Shown in pieces: positions 7,076-17,130 of a stretch of DNA of 64,000 nucleotides. Positions within the stretch are counted from its first letter, which is position 1; each line of letters begins with the position of its first letter. Source of the DNA: a virus. Its lineage: Duplodnaviria > Caudoviricetes. The stretch is from the IMG/VR virus record IMGVR_UViG_3300028602_000007, positions 1 through 64,000 of that record. One strand, 5' to 3'. The notes under the pieces were generated by a model. It searched no databases. It saw only the letters and a program-made list of their open reading frames with translations, and was not told where the DNA came from. The translations under genes and the position numbers were made by a program.

Positions 7076-8740
7076 ATGTTAAATGAAAAAGTATTTAAAT
7101 CTTATGAATCCTTTGTAAATGAAAGTTTTTTTTCTGATAAAATTTCGAAATATGGAAAGCGTGCAATTAACGCAATTAAAAAATTCATTGGGAAAGGTGC
7201 GAATTTTTTAAATTCACTAGTATTTCAATCAACTAATCAAGTCTCAAAAGATGGAAAAGCTGGAACAATTCCAATTGGTGTACATATTTTTCCATCTAAA
7301 AATGATATTGCTGCTCTTGCGGAAAAGGGAATTACTGCAAAAATTCCAAATGCAGTAGAAATTTATAAAAATGAGAAAACTAATGTTAACGAAGAAGTTG
7401 TTCCATTAGAGTCAGATCCTGATTCTAATGTTCCAAATATACATGAAGAAGATCTTAATGAACTTATTTCGGATGCATTAAATGATCCAGATGGATTACC
7501 GTTGATGATTTGGGGAGCTCCAGGTATTGCAAAAACAGCAATTGTTCAAAGATCACAAACTGCATATGGCGGTAGATTAATTGATTTACAATTAACAACA
7601 TATGCTCCAGAAGATTTCTTTTTACCAAAAGAAGATTCAGATTCATTTAGAAAAGAAAATAAATTTTCAGCTAGAGCAACTCGTATTCCTCAAGCGTGGT
7701 TACCAGTATATCATGAAAGCGAAGGAGAAGAAGGTGATGCTATTGCAAACGGAATAGACGGAGAAGGCGGAGTTCTTTTCTTAGATGAATTGTCTAGAGC
7801 AAGAGAAGCAATTCGAAATGTGTGTTTAAAACTTGTACATGAGAAAAAAATGGATGGCGGTTGGGTTTTAGGAAGCAAATGGAGAATAATAGCAGCTTCA
7901 AACAGAATCATGGACGACCCAGATACAAATGCTTCTGAATTCGGAACTGCATTATCTAATCGTTTCCAAAATTATAATTTTGTTCCAACAATAGATGATC
8001 TTACTAAATTTATGACGTCGCAAGGCGAGTTAATTGATAGTAAAATTATTGGATTTTTAAATTGGTCTAAAGGTGAAGAATATTTTCATAAACTAGATCC
8101 AGATAAAGGAATGATTGCTTGGCCGAGCCCACGAACTTGGGTCGAAGGTGCTAAACGTTGGAAACGTAAAGAAGATAGAATAAACCGAAAATTAACAAAA
8201 AAAGAAATATATTTAATAATGGCTGGTCATGTTGGAACCGAAGCAGCTGATGCATTTATTAAATATATTACATTATCTGAAAAAATTGATTTAGAAAAAT
8301 TAGCTAAAGTATATACAGATCCAGAAAACGCACCACTTCCGCCAACTAGAGATGTTGGGGGAGAAGATTTAATTGAACAAGACATTGCATATATTATGGC
8401 AATCGCGATTGCATATGAACACAGATATAGTAGGCTATCTCAAGAACAATTAAAAAATATTATAATATATACAGCTAGAGTAAATAATGCAACAACCGCA
8501 ACCCAAATATTAGCAGCTGTTTCTAAAGTACACCCATATATTAAAGCTGACCCAGCAAAGTCATCAGACAGTATGGTTGATGTTTATAAGAAATTTTTAG
8601 TTCAATATTTTTTACCAAAATATCCTAGTCAAAAAGCAGCAATTGATAAAATATTAAAAGATTCGCAAACTTCATCTCAAGAACAGCAGCCTCAAAATTA
8701 TGAAATTTCGAATTCAGATTCTGAAACAAATGATGATTAA
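7076..8740 (+). CDS. MoxR-like AAA+ ATPase
   Basis: Walker A WGAPGIAKT, Walker B LFLDE, sensor AASN, ALSNRF, PSPRTW. Confidence 0.88.
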   Translation: MLNEKVFKSYESFVNESFFSDKISKYGKRAINAIKKFIGKGANFLNSLVFQSTNQVSKDGKAGTIPIGVHIFPSKNDIAALAEKGITAKIPNAVEIYKNEKTNVNEEVVPLESDPDSNVPNIHEEDLNELISDALNDPDGLPLMIWGAPGIAKTAIVQRSQTAYGGRLIDLQLTTYAPEDFFLPKEDSDSFRKENKFSARATRIPQAWLPVYHESEGEEGDAIANGIDGEGGVLFLDELSRAREAIRNVCLKLVHEKKMDGGWVLGSKWRIIAASNRIMDDPDTNASEFGTALSNRFQNYNFVPTIDDLTKFMTSQGELIDSKIIGFLNWSKGEEYFHKLDPDKGMIAWPSPRTWVEGAKRWKRKEDRINRKLTKKEIYLIMAGHVGTEAADAFIKYITLSEKIDLEKLAKVYTDPENAPLPPTRDVGGEDLIEQDIAYIMAIAIAYEHRYSRLSQEQLKNIIIYTARVNNATTATQILAAVSKVHPYIKADPAKSSDSMVDVYKKFLVQYFLPKYPSQKAAIDKILKDSQTSSQEQQPQNYEISNSDSETNDD

Positions 8741-8742
8741 AT

Positions 8743-10377
8743 ATGGATATAATTAATTTTAATGAATTTGTTAAATATTCTAAATTTGTAAATTCACAAA
8801 TAATAACAAATAAAATTTATGAAAGTTCTAATCCAAATGAACCAAATGATGCTACTAAAAAGAAAATAGCTAGAACTAAGGTTGAATATGCTGGACAAGT
8901 ATTGCCAACTAAATTTCCATTTTTTGCAGAAATTTTATTTAATCAGCAAATCATATATACATATGATTCACGAATACCAACAGCAGCAACTGATGGACAC
9001 AGAATTTTTATTAATCCTAATTTTTTCTATCCAATGTCAACTCGACAGGTTTTATTTGTTTTAGCACATGAAGTTATGCATACTGCATTATTACATACAG
9101 TTCGTCAATATTCTAGAGATCATAATCGCTGGAATATTGCAGCAGACCATGAAATTAATTTACTATTAGCCTATGATAAAATATTATCAATCGAGGAGAT
9201 AACTAATGAGTTACATGGATATGCTAACCCCGAATATAAAGGACAAACTGCTGAAGAAATTTATAATGATCCAGATTTACAGGTTGGAAATAAACCAAGC
9301 AGTGGAGAACCTGAATCAGATGGAAACTCTATGCCTGAAGACGAAGTTCCTAGTAATGGAGAATCAGGATCAGGAGGAGACCCAGCGCCAGGAGGAGAAT
9401 CTGAAAATGGAGAATCAGGATCAGGAGGAGACCCAGCACCAGGAAGAGAATCTGAAAATGGAGAACCAGGATCAGGAGGAGACCCAGCACCAGGCGGAGA
9501 ATCTGAGTCAGACAGACCTTCTGATATTGATAAAGAAACTAATGATTCTGAACATCCAATAACTGAAATTAGAGGACCTAAAACTGGTGAAGTAATAACT
9601 AGAGAAGAAGGTGATGCGATCGCTAGACGTGAAGGTATTGATGTAGATGGAGATTCGAGTTTACCTGCAAAAAATGAAGATTTACTTAAGCGAGAAATTA
9701 GAGAAGCAGCACAACGACATTTAACTAATAGATCATCTACTGCAGGACGAGGAAATAACGGTAGTCTTTACCAAAGAATAATGCAATTGACTGAACCAAA
9801 AATAAATTGGAAACAAGTCTTGTCTAAATATATTGGAAAACTTGCATCTTCTAGTGAATTCAAAATGCCAAATAGAAGATTTGTATCTCGTGGAGAATAT
9901 AGACACGGATTAGTTGATGAATTTTCTATGTTAGAAAGAGCTGCTATTGTATTTGATGTTAGTGGATCAATTGCAAATGAGTTTCCTATAATTGCAGCAG
10001 AAGTCACAGGAATTGTTAAATCAAAAAAAGTAAAACGAATACATATTGTTCCATTCGCAGATAGTGTAGTTACTCCATTTGAAATTAAGGGATCAAAGAA
10101 ACCAACTCCTGAAGATTTTGCAAAAGTTGCAACAGGAGGTGGAACTTCCGGTTTTAATGCAGTTGTTGATTATATTAATGAAAAAACTAGAAAAAATCCA
10201 GACTTTGTAGTTATTATAACAGATGGGTACTTATATGGAGATTTTCCACCAAAGATTACTCCAAAATGGAGCAAAAAAGTAATTTGGCTAATTTTTGATA
10301 ATCCAAATTTTAATCCTGGAAATAATTGGGGTAAAGTTATACATGCAAATCAAGATAATGGATTTTATAACAAATAA
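8743..10377 (+). CDS. putative metallopeptidase (HExxH) + vWA domain protein (DUF2201-like)
   Basis: TAATDG, HEVMH, WNIAADHEIN, acidic linker, DVSGS MIDAS, GGGT, ITDG. Confidence 0.85.
   Translation: MDIINFNEFVKYSKFVNSQIITNKIYESSNPNEPNDATKKKIARTKVEYAGQVLPTKFPFFAEILFNQQIIYTYDSRIPTAATDGHRIFINPNFFYPMSTRQVLFVLAHEVMHTALLHTVRQYSRDHNRWNIAADHEINLLLAYDKILSIEEITNELHGYANPEYKGQTAEEIYNDPDLQVGNKPSSGEPESDGNSMPEDEVPSNGESGSGGDPAPGGESENGESGSGGDPAPGRESENGEPGSGGDPAPGGESESDRPSDIDKETNDSEHPITEIRGPKTGEVITREEGDAIARREGIDVDGDSSLPAKNEDLLKREIREAAQRHLTNRSSTAGRGNNGSLYQRIMQLTEPKINWKQVLSKYIGKLASSSEFKMPNRRFVSRGEYRHGLVDEFSMLERAAIVFDVSGSIANEFPIIAAEVTGIVKSKKVKRIHIVPFADSVVTPFEIKGSKKPTPEDFAKVATGGGTSGFNAVVDYINEKTRKNPDFVVIITDGYLYGDFPPKITPKWSKKVIWLIFDNPNFNPGNNWGKVIHANQDNGFYNK
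9355..9507 (+). repeat. three 51-bp tandem repeats (NGESGSGGDPAPGGESE)
   Basis: Near-identical units start at 9355, 9406 and 9457. Confidence 0.95.
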
Positions 10378-10382
10378 ATTAT

Positions 10383-10409
10383 AAACCATAAAGCTTTTAT
10401 ATAGTATAA
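10383..10409 (+). promoter_or_regulatory. putative early/middle promoter AAACC-N14-TAGTATAA
   Basis: Motif recurs upstream of non-structural genes (about 1448, 2353, 14918, 31366, 53699). Confidence 0.5.
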
Positions 10410-10428
10410 ATTATTAAAAATAGTTTAT

Positions 10429-12156
10429 ATGTCAAATACTCTTCATTTGGAATTTGATCAATTCATTAAAAATAATCATCCAAATTTAATATTTCGTCCA
10501 CAGCAAAAAGAAGTAATATTAGATATGATTGATGCATATTTTGAAAATCCAAATGGAATATATTTATTAGATGCACCAACTGGAAGCGGTAAAAGTTTAA
10601 TTGCGATGATGTTTTCCGACTTCTTAGTACATAAGAAAAATAAAGGATATATTTTAGCCTCAGATTTAGTTTTACATCAACAATATGTTAATGATTTTAG
10701 AAGAATGAAACTATGGAATTGGGGTGATGTAAAAGGAATTGATAATTATTTATGTATAGTTAATAATGAACCATTTTCAATAGGAGATTGCAAAAATAAG
10801 GGAATTTCATATAAAGAAGCTGAACAACTATCATGTTTTAAACAATGTAAATATTTAATGAGTAGACGTAAAGCAATACGTTCACCGATCTCATTACTTA
10901 CTTATCCATATGCATTAATTCAAAGAAATTTTGTTGAAAATAAACAAGATATTCCACCTTTTCCAAAAAGAGATTTTGTTGTATGTGATGAAGCTCATAA
11001 ATTATTAGATATTGTGCAAAGCCATTTTAGTCCAATTGTATCACATGATATTTATAAAAAAATTGATAAATTATTAGATACTTTATTTGAAATTGGAGTA
11101 TCTGTGCCAAAGATAAGTTCAGTTAGATTAGAAAAAGCAATTCATAAAATCGATAAAGAAAATAATAACAAAATACTATTAGAACAATTAAAAATAGTAA
11201 CAAAAGAATTATCTAAATTGATAAGCATAGTTGGAGATCTAAGAGAACAAGCAAGCGATTACTTCATAGATGAAAAAGTACCAAAAGACTGGATCATTGC
11301 TTTTAATTTATATGATTGGTGCAAAGATGTTCATTGTAAATTAGAAGATTATTGCGAAATTATAGATAAAGTCGGCATACAAAAAATGGTAAAAAATCCA
11401 AATGATAAAAATATCATTTTTAATTGCATTGATGAATATTATTTATTAGATAAGCATTTTTATAATAAATTTGGATTTAAATTGTTAATGACGGCTACGA
11501 TGGGAAAACCTGCAGATTTTATGAAAAACCACGGTATATCAAAAGCAAAATATTTTAAAATGAGTTCTCATTTTAATTGGGAAAAATCACCAATTATATA
11601 TTATCCTGGACGAAGATTATCTGAACGATTCATTGATGACAATTTTGATTGGAGTATTGAAAAACTATTAGATATATTAAGTATGCACACTGGTGAATCT
11701 GGAATAATTCATACTGCTTCATATGACAGAGCTAAAAAAATACACCAGGCTTTACCGAAAATGATTAAGAGTAAAGTATTATTATATAAAGGGTCAGAAG
11801 AAAAAACTAAGGTTTTAAAAAAAATGAAAAAGAAACCAGGTTTAATAATAATGGGACCTTCTTTATTAGAAGGATTAAACTTAATCGATGACTTGTCAAG
11901 ATTTCAAATATTTATGAAAGTTCCGTATCCTCATTTGGGAGATAAATATGTTGCTGCAAAATTACAGCATTCGCAAGACTGGTATAATTGGAAAACATCT
12001 GTTAATGTATTACAAGGAGTAGGCAGATCAATACGAAGCGAAACAGACTGGGCAATAACTTACTTATTAGATGGTGGATTTGGTGATTTATTTAGAAATG
12101 CAGGATCACAATTTCCAATTGAATTTAGAAATCGAATTCAAATAGAAAGAAAATAA
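10429..12156 (+). CDS. DinG/YoaA-like SF2 helicase
   Basis: Q motif RPQQ, APTGSGKS, Cys cluster, DEAH, QGVGRSIRSETD. Confidence 0.88.
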   Translation: MSNTLHLEFDQFIKNNHPNLIFRPQQKEVILDMIDAYFENPNGIYLLDAPTGSGKSLIAMMFSDFLVHKKNKGYILASDLVLHQQYVNDFRRMKLWNWGDVKGIDNYLCIVNNEPFSIGDCKNKGISYKEAEQLSCFKQCKYLMSRRKAIRSPISLLTYPYALIQRNFVENKQDIPPFPKRDFVVCDEAHKLLDIVQSHFSPIVSHDIYKKIDKLLDTLFEIGVSVPKISSVRLEKAIHKIDKENNNKILLEQLKIVTKELSKLISIVGDLREQASDYFIDEKVPKDWIIAFNLYDWCKDVHCKLEDYCEIIDKVGIQKMVKNPNDKNIIFNCIDEYYLLDKHFYNKFGFKLLMTATMGKPADFMKNHGISKAKYFKMSSHFNWEKSPIIYYPGRRLSERFIDDNFDWSIEKLLDILSMHTGESGIIHTASYDRAKKIHQALPKMIKSKVLLYKGSEEKTKVLKKMKKKPGLIIMGPSLLEGLNLIDDLSRFQIFMKVPYPHLGDKYVAAKLQHSQDWYNWKTSVNVLQGVGRSIRSETDWAITYLLDGGFGDLFRNAGSQFPIEFRNRIQIERK

Positions 12157-12521
12157 TGTTAGATATGCAAAGAGATACAAATCGAGCATTTTATCATATA
12201 AAATTCGAAAATGGAGTATCTACAAAATTAGAACTTATTAGTAAAAATGATAAAACATTATATTCGAATTTAAAAAAAGAGCAACACTCATTACTTAATC
12301 AAATTAATGAGTTACCAAAAAGAAAAAAACGAATATTAAATAAATTAAATAAACAATTAGAAAAAATTAATCAAAAAATATCAAATGACTTTCCATATGA
12401 TTTTTTTGTTATTGGATCAGATTTGTATAATGCAATTGGAACAGGAACTATTTTTATAAATTCTCAAAATAGACGAGTTGAAATTAAAAAAATTTCAAAA
12501 AATGAAATGATTAATAATTAA
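12156..12521 (+). CDS. hypothetical protein
   Basis: Translationally coupled ORF. Confidence 0.6.
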   Translation: MLDMQRDTNRAFYHIKFENGVSTKLELISKNDKTLYSNLKKEQHSLLNQINELPKRKKRILNKLNKQLEKINQKISNDFPYDFFVIGSDLYNAIGTGTIFINSQNRRVEIKKISKNEMINN

Positions 12522-12620
12522 CATAAAGCCTTGTATAATTATGTATGTTTTGGGTTTACGAGCCCTTGAATAATCAACAAATGGTTATGAAAAAATATGC
12601 AAAAAATAATAGGAAAAATT

Positions 12621-13358
12621 ATGAATACAACAACAACATTAAATGATGAAAGATTGCCATTTTATATAACTGACAATCTTCCTACTGCAAATATTTCAGT
12701 AAAAAGAAATAGAGTAAAACATTATCAAAATACTGTATATTTGAAAAACAATACATCGTTTGAAATTGAATTATGGAATCCAATGAATTCTTCAGTATTA
12801 GCAACGATTTCAGTTAACGGAAATTTAATATCTAGTTCTGGACTAATAATTAATCCAGGACAACGAGTTTATTTAGAAAGATTTATTGATAATAATGCAA
12901 AATTTATCTTTAAAACGTATAAGGCTGAAAACTCAGAAGAAGGATTAACTGCAATTAAAAATAATGGAGATATTTGTGTTACTTTTTATAACGAAGAAAT
13001 CTTTTATCCAACATATACCTTTACTAATAATTGGTATGTGTATAGTGATAGCGGTACCTATCCAAATATAGTGAATGAGGTTAGCTCTAGTAATCAATAT
13101 AATTATCAAACAACAACGAATCTTAGTGAAATTGAAACAGGTAGAGTAACTGGTGGAGAAAATTCTAATCAAGAATTAGTAAATGGATATGGAACGTTTT
13201 CTCAAATTCCATATACTACTATTAATTTAAAAATTTTACCAGCAAGTAAATTGCCAACTTCAATAAATGAAATTAGAACATATTGTTCTAATTGCGGAAG
13301 AAGATGGAGATCAAATGAAAATTTTTGTCCAATCTGTGGAGTTCCTAAAAACTCTTAA
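12621..13358 (+). CDS. hypothetical protein with C-terminal zinc ribbon
   Basis: C-terminal CSNCG...FCPICG; start could be 12597 or 12621. Confidence 0.7.
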   Translation: MNTTTTLNDERLPFYITDNLPTANISVKRNRVKHYQNTVYLKNNTSFEIELWNPMNSSVLATISVNGNLISSSGLIINPGQRVYLERFIDNNAKFIFKTYKAENSEEGLTAIKNNGDICVTFYNEEIFYPTYTFTNNWYVYSDSGTYPNIVNEVSSSNQYNYQTTTNLSEIETGRVTGGENSNQELVNGYGTFSQIPYTTINLKILPASKLPTSINEIRTYCSNCGRRWRSNENFCPICGVPKNS

Positions 13359-13436
13359 TAATTATTAATAATTAATAGTATACAAGACTTTAATATCTCC
13401 CATTTAAATATAAATAATTTTAAATATTATATTTAA

Positions 13437-13718
13437 ATGGGAGATATGAGTTTAACAAGTATAGGTAAAGGTAAAGTATTATCATTTGATGAATTTATTA
13501 CATCTAGAGAAGGCGGATTAGAGGTTCCACAAACTGAAGAGCTACCAACTTCTACTGAGATTACAAATGAACCTGGAGATTTGAACATTGATTCTCCAGA
13601 AATAACAGATATACAAACAGATTCTAATGAAGAGCCTGAAAATTTTATTAATTCAGAAGAAAATTCAATAGAATCATTACCTCAAACAGAAGAAGAATCA
13701 GGCAATACAATTAATTAA
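13437..13718 (+). CDS. acidic putative internal head protein
   Basis: KVLSFDEFI motif, preceded by TATAAATA. Confidence 0.6.
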   Translation: MGDMSLTSIGKGKVLSFDEFITSREGGLEVPQTEELPTSTEITNEPGDLNIDSPEITDIQTDSNEEPENFINSEENSIESLPQTEEESGNTIN

Positions 13719-13759
13719 AAATATTTAAGATAGCAAAGTTTTGCTATATATTTAGTAGC

Positions 13760-14365
13760 ATGGCTAAAAATGGAACAATTATTTCAGAATTAATACGCGC
13801 AATTTCTGTAGTACTAGCTGCATTAATTCCTAGTATAATTGCAATAACACATAAAAGAAAAAAGAAAAAGCTAGAAAATAGTAAAGTTAAGTCTGCTCAA
13901 AATCGAGTACTAACAGATAGTAAAATACAAGGACTTCTTGGTGTATTATTAAATTGTACAAACGCAGATCGAGCATATATTTATAGATTTCACCCTAAAG
14001 AAAATCCTAAATATTTTAGTTGTGCATATGAACAAGTTGCACCAGGAGTTAGCTCTGAAATTAATAATCGACAATTATTAATACTGAATGAGCATCCAAT
14101 TTTTTTAGAATATTTAAATAGTGATTCGGCTGAATGCTATGATATAAATAAAATAGTAGATGAACAGCTTGGAAAATTACTTAGAGTGCAAGGAGTTGTT
14201 AATTTTTATATTTATCCAATAAAAAATAATTTTAAAAATATTATTGGATTTGTTGGTTTAGATTATATACATAATTTGCAAATTAAAGATATATCATTAT
14301 TAACTATTGCATTAGATAATTTTGCATTTCAAGTATCTGATGAAATTATAAATTATGAAGAATAA
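13760..14365 (+). CDS. membrane-anchored GAF-domain protein
   Basis: N-terminal TM helix, ADRAYIYRFH, E..APGV, IIGFVGLD GAF-like motifs. Confidence 0.7.
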   Translation: MAKNGTIISELIRAISVVLAALIPSIIAITHKRKKKKLENSKVKSAQNRVLTDSKIQGLLGVLLNCTNADRAYIYRFHPKENPKYFSCAYEQVAPGVSSEINNRQLLILNEHPIFLEYLNSDSAECYDINKIVDEQLGKLLRVQGVVNFYIYPIKNNFKNIIGFVGLDYIHNLQIKDISLLTIALDNFAFQVSDEIINYEE

Positions 14366-14777
14366 GAAAGTACTATTTATTGATGATAATGAACAAGATT
14401 TGTTTATGTATGGACAAATGATGAAGAGCTTAGGGTATGAAGTATTATTAATCAATTATTTGGAGTTTTCTATTGATAAGATTTTTAAATTTAATCCTAA
14501 TATTATTTTTTTAGATTTTTTTCTTGGTAATGATAAAACTGGAATCGATTTATTAAAAGAAATCAGAAAAGCAGGTTATCTTGGTAAAATTTGTATGCTA
14601 AGTGGTGAAGATAATAGTAAAATAATAGAAAGAAGCATACGTGCAGGAGCTGATGATTACCATGTTAAACCGATATATAGTAGTACTATTAATAATGTAA
14701 TTGAACGATCAACTGATTTTGTAAAAAAATCAGCAATTGAAAAAATTGCTGCAAATTTATATAATATTGTAATATAA
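14355..14777 (+). CDS. single-domain response regulator (REC)
   Basis: LFIDDN, phospho-acceptor FLD, MLSG, GADDYHVKP. Confidence 0.9.
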   Translation: MKNKKVLFIDDNEQDLFMYGQMMKSLGYEVLLINYLEFSIDKIFKFNPNIIFLDFFLGNDKTGIDLLKEIRKAGYLGKICMLSGEDNSKIIERSIRAGADDYHVKPIYSSTINNVIERSTDFVKKSAIEKIAANLYNIVI

Positions 14778-14908
14778 TGTCAAATAAAATAGTTGAAACT
14801 TTTAATCAATTTCTACAACAAGCTAGTTTAGCTCAAACTGGCAATCCTAAATTATTTGCAGAGAAATTAAAAACAAAGAAAAATCCACAAAAAATTAAAT
14901 CCAAGTAA
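14777..14908 (+). CDS. 43-aa basic peptide (not in ORF track)
   Basis: MSNKIVETFNQFLQQ..., coupled to the REC stop codon. Confidence 0.5.
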   Translation: MSNKIVETFNQFLQQASLAQTGNPKLFAEKLKTKKNPQKIKSK

Positions 14909-14946
14909 CTACTTCTGTAGTATAATAATCTTAAAATATTAAGATT

Positions 14947-15252
14947 ATGAGTAATCATTTAAATTTAATTAATCAAGAATATTCAAAATTAAATAATGAT
15001 GAGCGTCTTTTTTTATATAAAAAAATAAAAAATGAACTTACCATTGATGAAATTTTAAACGATTTTATTAGTAATTTAATTTATAATGAGATTTCAGAAA
15101 ATGCTATATTAAACCAGCTTTTATATCTCTGTGAATCTGTAGTTCAAGAAGATTTAACTAAAAATATTTTTGAAATTTGGAAAAATCGAAAGCTTCTAAC
15201 GCAATCACAAATTGATAGAATTAGTGAATTTTCAAAAGAACCATTTATCTAA
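14947..15252 (+). CDS. hypothetical protein
   Basis: First of a run of coupled small ORFs after TAGTATAA. Confidence 0.6.
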   Translation: MSNHLNLINQEYSKLNNDERLFLYKKIKNELTIDEILNDFISNLIYNEISENAILNQLLYLCESVVQEDLTKNIFEIWKNRKLLTQSQIDRISEFSKEPFI

Positions 15253-15437
15253 TGAAAAAGGGATTTGAGATTTTATTAGAATGGCACGCTTCTAATTATT
15301 TAAAAAATTATTCTAATTTGCCAAGTATTGTTTATTTAGATAGGTTTGGAGGTCCATATATTTTAAAATATATTGAATTAAATGACGTTAAAGTATTATT
15401 AGATGATTTTAATGAAAAAATAAAAAATTTAAAATAA
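15252..15437 (+). CDS. hypothetical protein
   Basis: TAATG coupling. Confidence 0.55.
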   Translation: MKKGFEILLEWHASNYLKNYSNLPSIVYLDRFGGPYILKYIELNDVKVLLDDFNEKIKNLK

Positions 15438-15640
15438 TGGAAAATACAGAATTTCGGTCTAAACATCCAAGCGATGTATATTTTTGGATAATAAAGGTGT
15501 TTGAATCATGTGAAACAGCGAGACAGATCAGAAATGCAAGAAAATTAATATGGAGTTATGAAAAAATATATGGCAAGTCTATGACTAGACAGTTATTAGC
15601 TAAATTTAATTTATGCGAAATTAATATATTAAAATCATGA
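15437..15640 (+). CDS. hypothetical protein
   Basis: TAATG coupling. Confidence 0.55.
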   Translation: MENTEFRSKHPSDVYFWIIKVFESCETARQIRNARKLIWSYEKIYGKSMTRQLLAKFNLCEINILKS

Positions 15641-15878
15641 AACTTATTTTTTAGATATAGACGGCCCTCTTGCACATGGAACTTGGGATTTAGGAAAAGT
15701 TGAAATTGATACTCGAACAACAATTAGCTATCCACTAAATAAAGAAGCTTGTGAATCTCTTGTTAGAATAATTGAAGCAACTAATGCTAAAATTATAATA
15801 AGCTCAGATTGGAAATACTGGTATACTTTAAAGCAATTAAATGAAATTTTAGAATATTATGATGTGTTTCTGAAATAA
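15637..15878 (+). pseudogene. frameshifted, truncated HAD-domain phosphatase
   Basis: MKLIF(L)DIDG...AKIIISSDWK is restored by adding one T to the T6 run near 15650. Confidence 0.65.
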
Positions 15879-15962
15879 GTGCAATTACAACAATTGGAGA
15901 CAATAATTATACAATAAAAGACACATTATGTGATCTTGAAGAAAAAATAATAACTATTTTAA

Positions 15963-16172
15963 ATGGAAAAAACTGACAACACATTAGATATTACTAAATT
16001 AAGTAAAGAATATGGTGCTAGTATTATGCAAGCATTAGCAATTTCTCAACAAAATGGTACAATTAAAAACCCAAATGATTTAGAAGAATTGATTTCAGCT
16101 GGAATCGAAACTGCGTTAGAAGATTATAAAGAAAAATTATTTAATGATAAGAAAACTGAAATAGAACTATAA
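15963..16172 (+). CDS. hypothetical protein
   Basis: ORF in operon. Confidence 0.55.
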   Translation: MEKTDNTLDITKLSKEYGASIMQALAISQQNGTIKNPNDLEELISAGIETALEDYKEKLFNDKKTEIEL

Positions 16173-16175
16173 ATT

Positions 16176-16532
16176 ATGAAATTTATAATATTCGAAAAAC
16201 TAATAAATCAAATAAAAAATCAATACGAAACTGCATCTAGTTTAATTTCAATTGGAATAGATTTATACGATTATAATGAATATTGGATGGAAATTATTTC
16301 AATAATGTTTGCTAGTTATTATGGAGAATTTGGAGCAGATTTAATTTTTGCATATATTTATGAATATGTTGATGATTCATCTAAATTATATCATAAAAAT
16401 GTTGAATCTTTATGGAAAGCAGTTGAAAAGTATCGAGTAAGTGAAAATTTTGTAGAATATAAAATAAATGATAAAAATACTATTACTAATGATGATATTT
16501 TTGAATTATTAAATAATAATCATGAAAATTAA
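16176..16532 (+). CDS. hypothetical protein
   Basis: ORF in operon. Confidence 0.6.
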   Translation: MKFIIFEKLINQIKNQYETASSLISIGIDLYDYNEYWMEIISIMFASYYGEFGADLIFAYIYEYVDDSSKLYHKNVESLWKAVEKYRVSENFVEYKINDKNTITNDDIFELLNNNHEN

Positions 16533-17121
16533 AGTAAATAATAATACATTTTTAGAAAGTTTGAAAAAATTAAATAATCATAATCGATTGTATTATAGAA
16601 TATATTCTATTTTAAGATATGATATTTTTCATTTTATAAAGAATATATGGATTTATCGAAAAAATTTATGGAATGCTACTGATTATGATGCATCATATTC
16701 TCTTGGTTTTGTAGAAACACAATTAACTAGAGTTTCTAAATATTTAGAAAAATATGGTATGGAAGAAAACATATCTAAGAATAAAAAAATAAAAAAAATA
16801 AACCAAGCAATTGAATTAATTGGTAATTTTAGAAAAGATTTATATATTAAAATTGCGGAAAATCAATTAAATAAAAAAGTATCAACTAATTTTAAATTTG
16901 TTGATATTAATGATGATGAATCTGAGTTAATATCGATGAATACTGATCAAGAAGAACTTAATAATTCAGAAATTTTTTCTCTTTCTCAAAAAATCGAAAG
17001 AACTGAATGGGATCGTTTATTTGAAATATTAAAAGGCCAAGATTTATCTAAATATGAAAACTCAAATGAGGAATGGAATTCATGGTTTAATGGTTCTGGT
17101 ATAAAAAACTGGTGGGATTAG
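16522..17121 (+). CDS. hypothetical phage protein
   Basis: 199-aa ORF ending NWWD. Confidence 0.7.
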   Translation: MKIKVNNNTFLESLKKLNNHNRLYYRIYSILRYDIFHFIKNIWIYRKNLWNATDYDASYSLGFVETQLTRVSKYLEKYGMEENISKNKKIKKINQAIELIGNFRKDLYIKIAENQLNKKVSTNFKFVDINDDESELISMNTDQEELNNSEIFSLSQKIERTEWDRLFEILKGQDLSKYENSNEEWNSWFNGSGIKNWWD

Positions 17122-17130
17122 AAATTAATT

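Noticed and set aside
9206-9562. Alternate-frame repetitive ORF (MENQDQEETQ)
   Set aside because: Shadow of the 51-bp repeats in the vWA gene
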